A DNA stretch of 63,031 nt, filler included, from Choristocarpus tenellus KU-1152 (Eukaryota > Protista > Phaeophyceae), in assembly GCA_964200185.2 (NCBI GenBank). It is 12 parts of 12 records of this genome, joined end to end, with 100 filler letters (N's around TTAATTAATTAA, not from the genome) between each part and the next. Parts side by side here need not be neighbours in the genome. Positions count along the whole stretch, not along the records: positions 26,096 to 30,169 come from CAXNAD020016363.1; positions 30,270 to 34,630 come from CAXNAD020014920.1; positions 34,731 to 38,061 come from CAXNAD020020753.1; positions 38,162 to 56,755 come from CAXNAD020000534.1; 8 more parts are not named here. One strand, written 5' to 3'. Position 1 is the first letter of the stretch. The number at the start of each line of letters is the position of its first letter. The position numbers and the translations under genes were made by a program. Positions 25,996 to 38,841 of this stretch are shown here, one piece after another. Under the pieces are notes generated by a model. The model saw only the letters and a list, made by a program, of their open reading frames with translations. It was not told the DNA's origin and did no database searches.

Positions 25996-26424
25996 NNNNN
26001 NNNNNNNNNNNNNNNNNNNNNNNNNNNNNNNNNNNNNNNTTAATTAATTAANNNNNNNNNNNNNNNNNNNNNNNNNNNNNNNNNNNNNNNNNNNNCTCTT
26101 CACAGATACTGCCCCAACAAAAAAACGAAAAAAAAAAAACAGCCACACGGCAGCGCACGGCAAGCACTCTGCGTCAATAAAAAAAAATGTACGGAATGCA
26201 CACAACAAGACAAATCAAAAAAAAAAAACTTTATTAGAGTTTCGATGCGCCAATACCGGATCAATTTCATTTTCTGAACAGGACATTTAGCAGAAAGCAG
26301 CAGAGTGGTACGGATTGTCTCACTCCAACCGCCGTCGCCAAACCCCTTAACCCATGTAGCAGCCACGACCCAGCCAGCACAAAGAGGGCATGAATTGGGA
26401 GTGAGAGCGGGAAGGAGAGCCTAC

Positions 26425-28461
26425 CTGCCGTCCACCATGAGCAGTACCAAGTCAGCGATCTTGGCAAGGTCTATCATAGCACACAAGTTGTCTGGGCACT
26501 CCTGGAACGTGATGCGGCGGTTCTTTCCACTGACCACAGTGATGGGTCCCACAGACTCTTTCAGGTTGTGTCCTTGATTACACCAACCATTTGGATGACG
26601 CAGGCGGGCGGGAGGGACAAGATCTCTCAATGAAAGCGCATGGCGGTCAAGGAGGGAAGAGAACCAGGTGTGTACAGGCTTCTTTTCCGGAATGGTTTTC
26701 ATATCCCAACTACCCATTTTCATTTCTGTACCACCTTTGTTGGGTTCAAGCACGGAGTACTTTGATGCTGGATGGATCCCTTTTCACAGGCCTTGTACCA
26801 TATGAACAGTAGTCGTGGTGATGAGGTCAGCTGTACATGACCAAAACGCTACCCAGGAGTTTCTGTTGATATGGACCAATATTATTTCTTTTATCATACA
26901 TGTATATATATATATATTCTTGTTCTACCTTTTTCTTACCACACAAAAAAAACTTCAAACCAATACACACACAAGAGTTAGTGTTAGGGTGGATCAGAAA
27001 AAAGCTACACGAGAGAGAGAGAGCTCTTTTCAGTATCGATCCACTCATGTGCAGTATCTCACACTTGAAAATACTCTTGAACAACATCCTACAGCGTTTT
27101 GCATCCTCGCCCTCTATGTCAGAACAGCTGCCTGAGCAAGTCCAAATAAAAATCTGGCATCGTGCCCACTGAGTCAACACGCTTACACCCTAAGACCTTA
27201 CAATCTGCACAGCAACGAAGTGAACATCTAACCTGTACACTACAGTAGGACTCTATTGTGGGGGGTCCTTATCCAGAGTTAGCTTTTTCAAGAAGAGTTT
27301 CAGTTCTGACCTGAATAGAGCTTCACCAATGATCGGATGAGAGTCGATTTTCCACACTTGGGGGGTCCCATTACCACCACCATTACAGGAGGCGGCAACG
27401 CATCCTCTGACCTGTCAACCTAGATATCCAAAGGAAAGAATGAGGAATGGCAGTGAGGTGTCGACAACAGAGTACTGGCAGTCATCCATCTGCCAAATCA
27501 CGGGTATTTTCATAAGTCCTATCCAGGCAATGTGCAATCAACAAAAGCGCATCGTGATGGACATAGATAATACTTCAAAACACAACTCGTGCATCTCAAA
27601 ACACAATATCTCATGAGGATGATCTTAGAATCTTGCTGTACATGGTTCTGCATCCAGAGCACATTTCACACCCCATCGCAAAGGCTGAGTCGAAGATGTG
27701 AGAGGCGATTCTTCCTCTTCTTGGCCGTCCTCGAGGTTACTGGACAGTTGAAAGTCCTTCCAACAGCAGCATACAGTGTTGGTACAATAAAACCTCATTC
27801 GACCCAAACGTTCAACAACTTCAACAGCAACTAACCAGCTCCAAAGTCATCCTCTAACCCACCCTCCAACACGCGCCCCAATGCGATCCCCTCTATTCCA
27901 ACTCACCAGGGGTACGAACTCCTTCCTCTGCGCTACATCAAGGTTGCGCTGGGTAGACTTCTTGGTGCGACCGATGTTGGCCACGGAAAATGCCTTCGGG
28001 TTGTGCCTCTCCACCTGAGGGGAGGTGGAACCATGCAGGGTCACATAACTAAAGAGAAGGGGCTCGTCACTGGGGGTGCATCATGGTAGAAGATGTATAT
28101 TGCCAGGCAGCGACTCTCGAGGGGAAGAGGCTGCCCTAACTGGTATGGGAGTACTTGAGATAACACGAAGAACAGACAAGGCTTGTGCCAGTATCTTTTT
28201 GAAGAACAATAACTCGGTAGCTATTGTCAACCATTGCCCGTCATTTTCAAGCCATGAACCTCGTCGGAAGAGAACTAAAGATTTTTGTCCGTAAGTCTTT
28301 GCTTCACTGTCAAAATATCGACTTTTTGCAAGGAATGCAAGGGTACAAAGGGCCATTCCCACCTTCCCTGCCTTGTCTCGTTTCTTCTTGGCCTTCGCGC
28401 CTGACTTGGAAGTCCGGTGCGGCTTCTTGACATCCTTCGTAAGAGATATCGCATCGGACAT
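26425..28461 (-). CDS. BMS1: Ribosome biogenesis GTPase BMS1, 5' four exons (3' part outside the contig)
   Basis: Exons 28363-28461, 27907-28014 (HNPKAFSVANIGRTKKSTQRNLD...KEFVPL), 27311-27419 (PPPVMVVVMGPPKCGKSTLIRSLVK, P-loop) and 26425-26572 (GPITVVSGKNRRITFQECPDNLCAMIDLAKIADLVLLMVDG). Phases are consistent and the motifs are typical of BMS1. Confidence 0.95.
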
Positions 28462-29911
28462 GACTGCCGAGCCTTTCGAGGTTGATGATGGGTGTGTTAT
28501 ATAGTGAAGTGCGATACTTCCACAGGATATTCTCTAGGGTATCTTCCCTCTCCCACCACAGTCAAGAACAACACCGTAGTCTGATATGAGAGAGTCAATG
28601 CTGATTTGTGTCGAAGTAAGTTTGGAAATAGGACATAGACAACACGAGGAGAGTAGTACTTCGACACTCTGTGCTCTCTCACAAAAGGATCGATTATGAG
28701 GACTTTTTATCAGTCAACCACCATCCAGGGAGAATAACAATTACAACAGAAGCGTCGGCATTCCCTTCAGTGACTGACGTTGTAATATACAGTCTCTTCG
28801 AGTAGCTCTAAACCAAAGTGCATCATGGCCCCACAGCATCCAACAACGAGTGCCTCAACCTCCACTACGAAACATCCAACCCTTGTTTTAGGAACACCAT
28901 AATAGGAAAAAAACATCCCCTACTATATAATAGTTCATGTTTCGTTTCAGAACACCAATCACTTCCTCACCATAACACATACAACAGTAGTAGTACCCAG
29001 TATTCACCACCATTATTAAAAGTAGTGCTACTACTGTCTGTTGTTGTAGCTGTCTTTGTTTCACCTATTCCCAAGACAAGATGCCACAATCTCTGAAATC
29101 TCTTGACTGCCTTACAGAGTCCTCTCCGTCACTCTTCTTCAGCCATGTCCCCATTGTTCTTTTTCCTATGCCTAAATCTTCTCTCAACTATCTCCAGTCT
29201 ACGCAACATCCTGCCGAAGTGGTGGTGGAAATCACTACTTTGACCAGGCCAGTTTGGCAGCAAGATTATCTCAATTCATCATTATTTTCCTTCTCCCTTG
29301 TGTGCATGCGGCACCTCCTGCCACGGTGTTAACAGGGTAAGTTGAGCACATATTTTTCTACTTCTCCTCACATTTAACAGTTATAGCCTTCAGGCATCAA
29401 CTTCCCTCTATTGATAGAGTCTATGGCATTCTCATGATGTATCCTGCCCTTCCGTTTTAAATTCAATATATGCACTACTTACACCAACTAAAGCAACTTT
29501 GAGCATTCAAAAATGTTTACCTCTCCTCGTTGATACAGTTTCCCCTTGTTATGCTTGAGGTACTATAATGGTGAAGGGATGGTCAAGAATTCTTTATCAA
29601 TTAGTTAGCTTCGCCTTAGCCTCACATCCACTCCACTCCCCTCAATTAACGTCACACCACTCACCCCATACCACCCCATGCAACCACCACTTTGTTACCA
29701 TACCAACTATGCGACCATTTTCCAATTATACTACCAATACACAAACTAATATGGCCAATTTCCGCCATTGATATCTACGCACCATGCGCGATGATCCACT
29801 AATGTAGGCAATTTTCGCCACTGGTTTCGAGTCACCAAAAAATCCAGCCTTCAACCAGTTCAGCTAATTTCCACCAACAGTATCCCACGGCAAATCAATG
29901 CAATCAATTAT

Positions 29912-30090
29912 GTTACAGGCGAATAGCGTGAGCGTTTCTTCTTGTATTTCAACAAAGTTTGAGCATTTGTTACACACGAATAGCGCAAGCATTTTCTCCT
30001 CATGTCTTAGGAAATACGAACATTTGTAAGAGACATATAGTGCGAAGATTGTTTCTCGAGTTCTGACAATTGCGAACTATATACGATATT
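29912..30090. repeat. Degenerate 57-bp tandem repeat, about 3 units
   Basis: gaatagcg at 29921 and 29978, atatagtgcg at 30035: spacing is 57 bp each time. Confidence 0.65.
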
Positions 30091-30647
30091 AGTAACACAT
30101 AGGTTAACCTTACAGAATAAGTGATTATTTTAAGGAGATGCAGAGTAAGATTTGGAATACCTACGTAACNNNNNNNNNNNNNNNNNNNNNNNNNNNNNNN
30201 NNNNNNNNNNNNNTTAATTAATTAANNNNNNNNNNNNNNNNNNNNNNNNNNNNNNNNNNNNNNNNNNNNGGATGCCAAGCCCTAAATGGACAAAAAGGGC
30301 AAAACTCGTACCCTCTAAGATACTTTCACTCTGAGGATATTAAGAAGCTAAGGTGCCATAAAGACAAGAAATAGCGCACTGGAGATAGTAGGTTCCTACT
30401 ATTTCAGCAATCCTTCTCCTTTACTCCAAGCTTTGCCTCTTCGTCATTGACCTCTTTACAGGTACAGTAGTAGTTCCTATGACTCTACTACCACACTGCT
30501 AGGGTTGTAACCTTTTCTTCTTCTGTCGCAGTAGGGTGCCCACTTTAAAAGGCGACCCTAGAGAATGCCAAATAGTCATTAAGGTGGGTATAACCGTTTT
30601 GTTATTACTGTTTTGCTGCCAACTAGGTGGGATTTGGCTTGGGATGA

Positions 30648-30905
30648 GAGTCAAAGTATTTAAATGGTAGAGCCGCGTCAACTTGGGAGTCAAAATCCAA
30701 TGTTGCGATTTTGATATGATTTTGGCTATCGTGTTTGTTAGGAAGTGTCAATATCTATGTTTCGGGCACACCTTTTCATAACGTACACATTTTACCTACT
30801 CCGAAACATTTCAGAGTAGGAAAATGTAATTAAAAAACCCACGGGAAGCCAAACCCCAAACGGACAAACATGGCAGAACTCGTAACCTGTAAGATACTTT
30901 CACTC
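30648..30905 (-). mobile_element. MITE family B copy, inverted
   Basis: gagtcaaagtatt...aagatactttcactc. Confidence 0.85.
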
Positions 30906-30945
30906 AGGGTTCAAACCTGCCTGCCTTTCAATTGGTTTGGCCCAT

Positions 30946-31202
30946 GAGTGAAAGTATCTTAGAAGGTACAAGTTTTGCCCTGTTTGTCCATTTGGGGCTT
31001 GGTTTCCCATGTTTTTTAAAGACATTTTCCTACTCCAAAATGTTTAGTAGTAGGTAAAATGTGTACGTTATGAAAAGGTGTGCCCGAAACATAGATATTG
31101 ACACTTCCTAACAAACACGATAGCCAAAATCATATCAAAATCGAAAAATTGGATTTTGACCCCCAAACGGACGCGGCTCTACCCTCCAAGATACTTTGAC
31201 TT
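30946..31202 (+). mobile_element. MITE family B copy
   Basis: gagtgaaagtatcttag...agatactttgactt; flanks ccat/ccct. Confidence 0.85.
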
Positions 31203-31227
31203 CCCTATTTCCAATCCAAATCATACT

Positions 31228-31445
31228 TCTTACCCTGTACAATACACTCTATTTTATTGCTTACGTGCATAATAGTGTACACAAAATTGACGTTCCCCCT
31301 TTTCACACAAAAAGCGATACCAGAATTAAGCGAGTGGTCTTTCTGCAATTCTACAAAACGGCATCTTTTTGCACTTTCTCGGGATCCTTAAAATATACCC
31401 TACCTATATCTCCGTTGGTTTGACTCACTGGCCTAATCCGCCAAA
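31228..31445 (+). repeat. Dispersed repeat, homologous to 47578-47790
   Basis: Shared accctgtac...ttga..ttcccccttt..cacaca...ccagaa.taa...tggtct...gggatccttaaaat. Confidence 0.65.
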
Positions 31446-32541
31446 AAGTTGTTGCCGAAAACACCTGCCTAGCCCCTTTTCGGAAGCTCCTACTACTCCA
31501 ACTGGGGTATCAAACCTCCAAACCATATGGTGTGCAGCAATGGACAAATGCCTGTGTCCAGACCTGACCCTTGGCCCACCACACTTCACACAGCACCAAT
31601 GTAGTGGGTGTTTGAGGCAATTCTACTGTTGTTGTGGCAAAAAAACCCCTCATCATTCTGGCAAAGAGATGAGGAAGTTCCCTGCGTAAATGCCATTTGG
31701 CTCTGCTGGTGGTCAAAAAGGAAGTGGGGGAGCTGTTAGGTGTCTATCTGAAGCTGGAGGAATACCTCGATGGGGAGGATGAGGCACCTGATAAAGACCA
31801 AGAAGAGGCGAGACAAGAGTGTCTTCCCCCATCCGTGGTTTAATTGACATCAATGATTTCACAGTCGGAGGCGCTACCAGGGGAGTGCAGCGTTGGTGTG
31901 ATGGCTTCTTGTCATGATTGACCTAGCAGGCGATATACCCAGACTTCCTAGGCAGGGAGGAGAGAGTATTTCCCTTGTCCTATTTTTGTTGCAATGCGTG
32001 TGATCTTCAGTTGTGGGGGGGTTCTGAGTAACACTCCAACGAAGCATGTTGCTTAAGGGGCCTGAGAAATTTTGATTGGATGAGAGAGCATATGATGCAG
32101 GCGGGGGGGCTAGAAAGACATCGTTTCATGTCAAGCAGGAGACAATCCACGGGGAAATGCTTTTATGCGCACTTATGCAGAGAGAGGGAGAGAAAATTGG
32201 GCTGTGACGAAGGACTGATGGAGATATTCTCTTTGATCTACTTTCCCACCTGCCCTCCCTGTTGCTCAAGAGAGGAGGGATAGGTTGGGAGAGAATATGT
32301 GAGTGAGTGAATGTGTCTATGTACATATATTTTTTGGTTCGTTAATTTTCTACTATGGAATATATGTTTTCTTTCTGGTTCCTTTTTTGGGGGGGGGAGA
32401 TATCTTTTTATTTTTATTTTCTTGTTGGGTGGTGGAGTCTTTGATCGAGGGTGTGGGTTGGGAAGGCGATTCTCCTCACGAAAAGCAACACAATAGGGAG
32501 GACTATGAAAAACAACTAAACATCCTTCTGGCATTAATAGT

Positions 32542-32722
32542 GGCTCAAAGTATCTTGGGGGGTGTGGTGGCGGCTGTCTATTCGGGGCCCATTTTTCTAT
32601 GTTGCGATTTTTTGCTGTTTGTGTTGCATGCATCAGATGGATAATGTTAATGCACTTCTCCTGGTCAGGGCTCGAATGGACCCCCTGGTGTAGACCCCCT
32701 CCCACCCCAGATACTTCGAGCC
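32542..32722 (+). mobile_element. MITE family A with 3-bp TSD AGT
   Basis: agt|ggctcaaagtatct...agatacttcgagcc|agt. Confidence 0.88.
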
Positions 32723-33395
32723 AGTTGTGCACGACAGTGGTTATGTTTATTGAATAAATGACCAATCCAGATTTTTCAGCTGAAACAAAACACCATAAAT
32801 CCCGAAATTCCCGGAGGTCCCACATCGCCACAAAATAATAGCGTGTGCGTGTCTAGGAGTATGTCATGTTTGCCCTATTTATGATATAAAGTACTTTACT
32901 AATCTTTGTTGTGGTCAAGTAACGACGGGATAATGAAGTCAGGTGAAGGTTAGGACCCTTCTCATCACTTCCAAATATTCTTTCACTTCTTCAAAACAGT
33001 CCACCTTCATGGGGATTGTCCTCTTCAACTCAACTCATGGTATAGAGGTTAACCAATAAGGGTAACATTTACGATAACAGCTACTTTTACAAAGGTTCCT
33101 ACCATATTGAATTGGCTTTTCATTGTTTTTTCCCCTTTCACACGTACAAAATGTGAGAGGGTATAATAATATTTATTTGAATGGTTTTCATTGTTTTTTC
33201 TTGTGACATCTCCAACATTTCACAGGGCATAATAATGAAAATGTATATTCTAGTTATGGTGTATAAGAGGAGGCGTTATGATATTGGTTTGGTTTTTTCC
33301 CCTCACACATATCTATATTGTTATGTCCTCTCACATTTTGCAGATGTGTCAGGGGGGAAACCGATGAAAACTATTAACATGTCAGTATAAGCCCT

Positions 33396-33660
33396 GAGTG
33401 AAAGTATCTTAGAGGGTACGAATTTTGCCCTGTTTGTCCATTTGGGGCTTGGCTTCTCAAGTTTTTTTTTATCACGTTTTGCTACTCCTAAATGTTAAAG
33501 AGTAGGTAAAATGTTGGAGATGTGAAAACGTGTGTGCGGAACATGGTTATTGACACTTCGTAACCAACACGATAGCCAAAATTACATCCAAATAGCAACA
33601 TTGGATTTTGGCCCCCAAATGGACGCGGCGCTGGGTCAAAGTATCTGGGGGGGGGGGTTC
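33396..33660 (+). mobile_element. MITE family B copy whose right end is replaced by an A/C-type end
   Basis: B interior up to ggacgcggc, then gggtcaaagtatct-polyG. Confidence 0.7.
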
Positions 33661-34205
33661 CTTGCCACCAAGTCAATCCTATTCTGTGGATTACTAATCA
33701 ATGATTACAAATTACTTACTACAATGTTTCCTATTCCTGAACTCTTCCATGTTTCCAGATCACCATTCATTGTAATGTGAACGCATTTTTGATCATTATT
33801 ATTTAGTAAATTTAGTTTAATTTAATCTGTTAGTTCATTTCCATCTGATAAAGTATACCAAACGCCGTGGTCATTTATTAATTTGAAATCAGCAATTAAT
33901 AACTCAATTGGATTAATTTGTGTGTGTTTATCAATTGCCTTTTGCCAAAAAATGCCATAAAACTAAGCATGAGCTTGATTAGCTAAAGAAAATAAGGTAA
34001 TCTCATCAGGACGATTAATTCGTAACTTATTGATCTTAGAGACTAATTCCCCATTATCATTAAGTAATTATTAATTGAAGTTGAAGACAAAGCTTGGTAC
34101 TAAGTTCTTGATATAATAACATTAAAGACCAAAGTAACAGATAGGTTTATACGCATGCACAAAACACGGTCTGGTTTCTAACGTTTTAAAGCATAACAAC
34201 ATCTA

Positions 34206-34622
34206 GGCTCAAAGTATCTGGGGGGGGGTGGCGGCTATCCATTTGGGGTCAATTTTTTCATGTCGCGATTCTTGCGTGATTTGGTTGCATACGTCCGATG
34301 GATAATGTAAATGCACCTTTCCTGGTTATGCCCCAAATGGACACCCTGGTGTAGACCCCCTCCCCCCCTCCCAGATACTTTTGGTCTCTAGTGTTTTCAG
34401 ATGTTCACAAAATAGCTATTGATATAGATTCACTAGTTCATGCCAGACTTACATTAAAAAGACTCAAAGTACCTGGAGGGAGGGGGTGGCGGCTGTCTAT
34501 TTGGGATCAATTTGTTCATGTCGCGATGTTTGGGTGATTTGGTTGCATACGTCGGATGGATAATATAAGTGCACTTTTCCTGGACACCATGGTGCAGAAC
34601 CCCCGCCAGCAGATAATTTGGG
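34206..34622 (+). mobile_element. Two tandem MITE family A copies (34206-34387 and 34461-34622)
   Basis: Both carry family A TIRs and interior. Confidence 0.85.
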
Positions 34623-35649
34623 GAAAAAGTNNNNNNNNNNNNNNNNNNNNNNNNNNNNNNNNNNNNNNNNNNNNTTAATTAATTAANNNNNNNNNNNNNN
34701 NNNNNNNNNNNNNNNNNNNNNNNNNNNNNNTTGGATACAAACCCCCAAATGGACGCGGCCCTACCCTCTAAGATACTTTGGCTCATTCATTTGTGTTGAT
34801 ACTTGTGAAAAGAAAGAAACTTGCTGACACACTCCCTATTTATGTTTTATTGCAAGACATTTGTCATTTTCTTGTATCTTCATAGTTACTAGGGAGGGTA
34901 AGCCTTTCCATGGCAGCAACCAAAATCTTCTGTGACTATGAGTCATGGTCTTGGTGTCCTGTAGTTGCGGTGTTTTAGTTTTGAAGGAGGAGAGTCTATG
35001 GCAGTACCCAAGTTTAGTGCTACTATGGTTTTGCGTCTGCATTTCTGTATATAAGCTTAGAAGAGGTGGAGTCATTTAAAACAGTACCCTACTTTTGACG
35101 TGCGTGTGAGACTCTGGTGTAGGAGGTTTTCTTTTCAACGTTGAGTCAAATTCAGAGTGAGTGCCGTGAAGTGCGAATGTCGTGCTAGCATATCAATCAT
35201 CAGGGCAAATTTTGTAATGGGGTTTTTCCTCAGAGTTTCCTCCTCCGCTGGATCCCCAACTCTGCCTACTTATATATTAGGACCTGGAAGTGTCGTTCAT
35301 TTCGTTTCTGCCACGTTCATGATAGGGTAAGGAGTGATATTACAGTTCCTTGTCCAATCGCCTGTTCATCGCATTGAAGCAGTTATGCTTCATGCTAGGG
35401 GAGCATGTTACAGGCGATATAGTCTTGATGGCGGTTTCATAAACACCATTATGACCTTGAAGTCCTAGATTTGATATATTCGTACTTCTTGACTCTTTAT
35501 TTATTATCATGCCCCCAGGTGGTACATCGTTGCCAGTTCCTTTTATTTGATGGTAATGTTACTTATGAAGGGAATAATCCAAGTGAGAGATCCAGCATAC
35601 GTGACGACTTGTGTTTCAGGGGTCATGTACGTGCATCAGCGCCATCTGC

Positions 35650-35897
35650 AAGTGAAAGTATCTTAGAGGGTATGAGTTTTTCCCTGTTTGTCCATTTGGG
35701 GCTTGGCTTCCCATGTTTTTTTAAATGATATTTTCCTACTCAAAAATGTTTGGGAGTAGGTAAAATGTATGTCCTGAAAAGATGTCTTCGGAAGATGGCT
35801 ATTGAAACTTTCCTAACAAACACAATAGCCAAATTACAAAATCGCAACATTGGATTTTGGCACCGACTCGACTCTACCCTCTAAGATACTTTGGCTT
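35650..35897 (+). mobile_element. MITE family B copy
   Basis: aagtgaaagtatcttagagggta...taccctctaagatactttggctt. Confidence 0.85.
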
Positions 35898-36916
35898 TGT
35901 AGGCTTGTGAACTGGAGCTATGTATCCCCTGTAAGATACTTTTACTCTTGATACCATTAATTATTACTTGTAACTATATATAATAATATATTCATACTGG
36001 GATAATATTTACATACTGTATTCTGGGGAATACCCTGATCTGTGCTCACAAGCACTACACACTACACTATTTACATCTCATACTACTATCTATTATAACT
36101 GTTTCACTACGACAAATTATGACTTAGGTACTTGCAGCCATTTGTGCCTCCCTTCTTGCGTGTTGGGTTCAGCCATACTCAACACCTGTTGCTCCATTTC
36201 CTTCCTCGAAGCTCGTGCTAGACCCATTGAGGCATCGCTGACTAATAAAGCCTTGTCACCTGGTTAAATCGTTTCAACACACCTTTCCATCAACCTTTTA
36301 CAGCATACCTTTCAAGGGGGGTCGAGATATTGGTGAAGGAATGGGATTGTGGCACCTTTTGAAAACCCCATCAAAACCTAACTTCTGCAAGCCGACCTCT
36401 CAAAGGACCACCTTCCAAAAGATGCCCAGGAAGGGTCACCTGTGATGTATAAGGGGTTTCCACATAGTACGTAAACCCCTCTTCCCACTAATTGTAACTC
36501 TTGATGATCAATTGGTTTGATATCTATCAGTTCTTATCCGGTTTTTCTTGATTGAGCATTTATGTTTTTCTTGGAGTATTTCTCTCTAACTTGTGTAAAT
36601 ATACAGTGTTGTTGCTCTACTTTCCTTTCTTGATATCTCTTGCTCTCACTTATACTACTGCCTTTATTTCTGAACACAGAATCAGGCACATTGTCACATT
36701 TGCTTCTTCCTACTACATGGTGGCACCATCCATCCATAGATGATAACACAACACTGAAGTGTTACTAATTACTTCTCTACACCTGCCATGTTGTATCGCA
36801 ACTACTTTGAGCGAGCTGTAGTGGCTCCTGCATGCAAAGTTGCAAATCATCAAGTTATTCACAGGAAAAGGTGGTCGCATACTGATAGTTCCACCTCACA
36901 GAATTCACAGGGCATT

Positions 36917-37190
36917 GAGTGAAAGTATCTTAGTGTGTAGAACCGCGTCCGTTTGGGGGTCAAAATCCAATGTTACGATTTTGATATAATTTTGGCTATC
37001 ACGTTTGTCAGGAAGTGTCAATATCCTTATTCTGAACACAACTTTACATAACGTATACATTTTACCTACTCGGAAACACATCTACTCGAAACATTTTGGA
37101 GCAGGTAAAATGTCATAAAAAATCTGTTGGAAGCCAAGCCCCAAACGGACAAACAGGGAAAAACTCGTACCCCCTAAGATACTTTCTCTC
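36917..37190 (-). mobile_element. MITE family B copy, inverted, flanked by ATT
   Basis: att|gagtgaaagtatctt...aagatactttctctc|att. Confidence 0.85.
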
Positions 37191-38841
37191 ATTTTCCTTT
37201 CAAAGTCCAAGAGTGTCATTCTCGTAATATCAATCCTTTCAATTAAAAGAAGCGCTGTTACTGAACGATTAAATTTCACAACTACACTGATGGTGACACA
37301 ATTAGTTCAATGTTTCACAGCAAGTTGTGAGAGGATAACTTAGGACATTGTCATATAGATATCGATGGGCATAGGATTCTAGATCTGACACATACAAGTT
37401 TTCTTGTTAAGAGGGTGTAGCTGCTCAGCTGGAATTCCAGTCATCTCAATCAAGCATTACAATAGGGTCTCGGCAGGAGGCCAATATATCCAAGAAAAAT
37501 ACGCTTGAGCAGTTGGGGGTGGGTATAACAGTACCAAATTGATAAATCGCTGATGGTGTGAGCTGCAGTCAACACACTGCCGAGAAAACATTTCTGTACC
37601 ACATCCTTGATCCTACCTAGCAAGTACACCTCCACTGGAAATAAATATTTCAGAGGTAGAAGCAATAAGAAAAATGCTCTGACACCAATGAAATGGCTAT
37701 ATGATGCAAATAGCACATAGAATGAATTTGTCATGCAACAGTCACTACCCCCCTCATTATTTGAACTTGATGTATATAACTTTTTCTTCAATCTTTTGAC
37801 ACTATTGTTCACCTGGGCATCAATGCACTCTGTCAATGAGCAACTCTTTCAATGATTCCAGATGTATACCTATGCACCAGTCCAAAACAATACATTGGTT
37901 GTCTTGTCTACATGTTCAACTGCACATCACCAGTGTGTGTACGAAAATGGACAAAAGAAAGTTCGAGGGAAAATGAGATGAAAGAAACAAAATCGAGCCA
38001 CATCATGGACAGAGCTCCATATCAAAAGAAATCGAAGGCTCAAAGTATCTTGGGGGGAGGGNNNNNNNNNNNNNNNNNNNNNNNNNNNNNNNNNNNNNNN
38101 NNNNNTTAATTAATTAANNNNNNNNNNNNNNNNNNNNNNNNNNNNNNNNNNNNNNNNNNNNAAACAACACTACCTCCTACACAAACCATTAGGACAGCCT
38201 TAGCGTCTCTGTCCCCACAAAAGCCTCAGGGAGGCAGGGGGGGGGGAGGGGAGCCCCTCCAAAACATTTATCCACACAGCACAGTTCCATGATGTGACAC
38301 ACTCAAGAAAACACACTGCACAGCTCCCCCTGGCTTCATCTCATCTCATCTCATCACTGATGATTGAATGCAACAACCAAACAGTTGCTTGCAGTGCATG
38401 CCTATCATACACAAAATAATAACAGTAACAAAAATAATATCAATAGAACATAAAACGTAGTAGTACTAATACTAACAATAATAATAATGATTATCATTTT
38501 CATCCTTTGTACAAATACTAAAAATAGCAATAATGACTATAATTTTATCCTTTGCTTCCAGATGATTCCTGCACGCGAAAGATGATGGTCAACACATTCC
38601 ACCAAAGAAGGGTCTCGAATTATTATTCTTAAATATCATTCTTGAGGCACAAAAACGTAAGACTCAGAAAATTCCACAAAATCAATTACCTGAGGGTGCT
38701 ATAGGGGAGGGAGATACTTGTTCCATATTCTCAACCTGTGGGCCCCCTTGAGTGAAGCTTTAAAATACCATACTAATAGTACTGCCTGTATCATATTGTC
38801 AACAAAGGGTACACCATTTTGACCTTCTTGTCTCGCCTCAC

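Larger units (their letters stand above)
34830..37990 (-). mobile_element. Heavily decayed LTR-retroelement-like (Copia-like) remnants
   Basis: HNGVYETAIKTI near 35420-35455 resembles the integrase QNG.AER.I.T motif. VKRLKKKLY and LLKRIFLGYIG in ORF 37450-37836 weakly resemble Copia RT. Fragmentary, and the domain order is not the Copia order. Confidence 0.3.

Noticed and set aside
23903-28461. BMS1 and CRT-like gene as a functional cluster
   Set aside because: They lie on different contigs separated by an artificial spacer.
29370-29460. IHHENAIDSINRGKLM on the minus strand, resembling a non-LTR RT motif; also LINE C-terminus-like text at 11600-12050
   Set aside because: Single weak motifs in stop-ridden frames, not enough to annotate.
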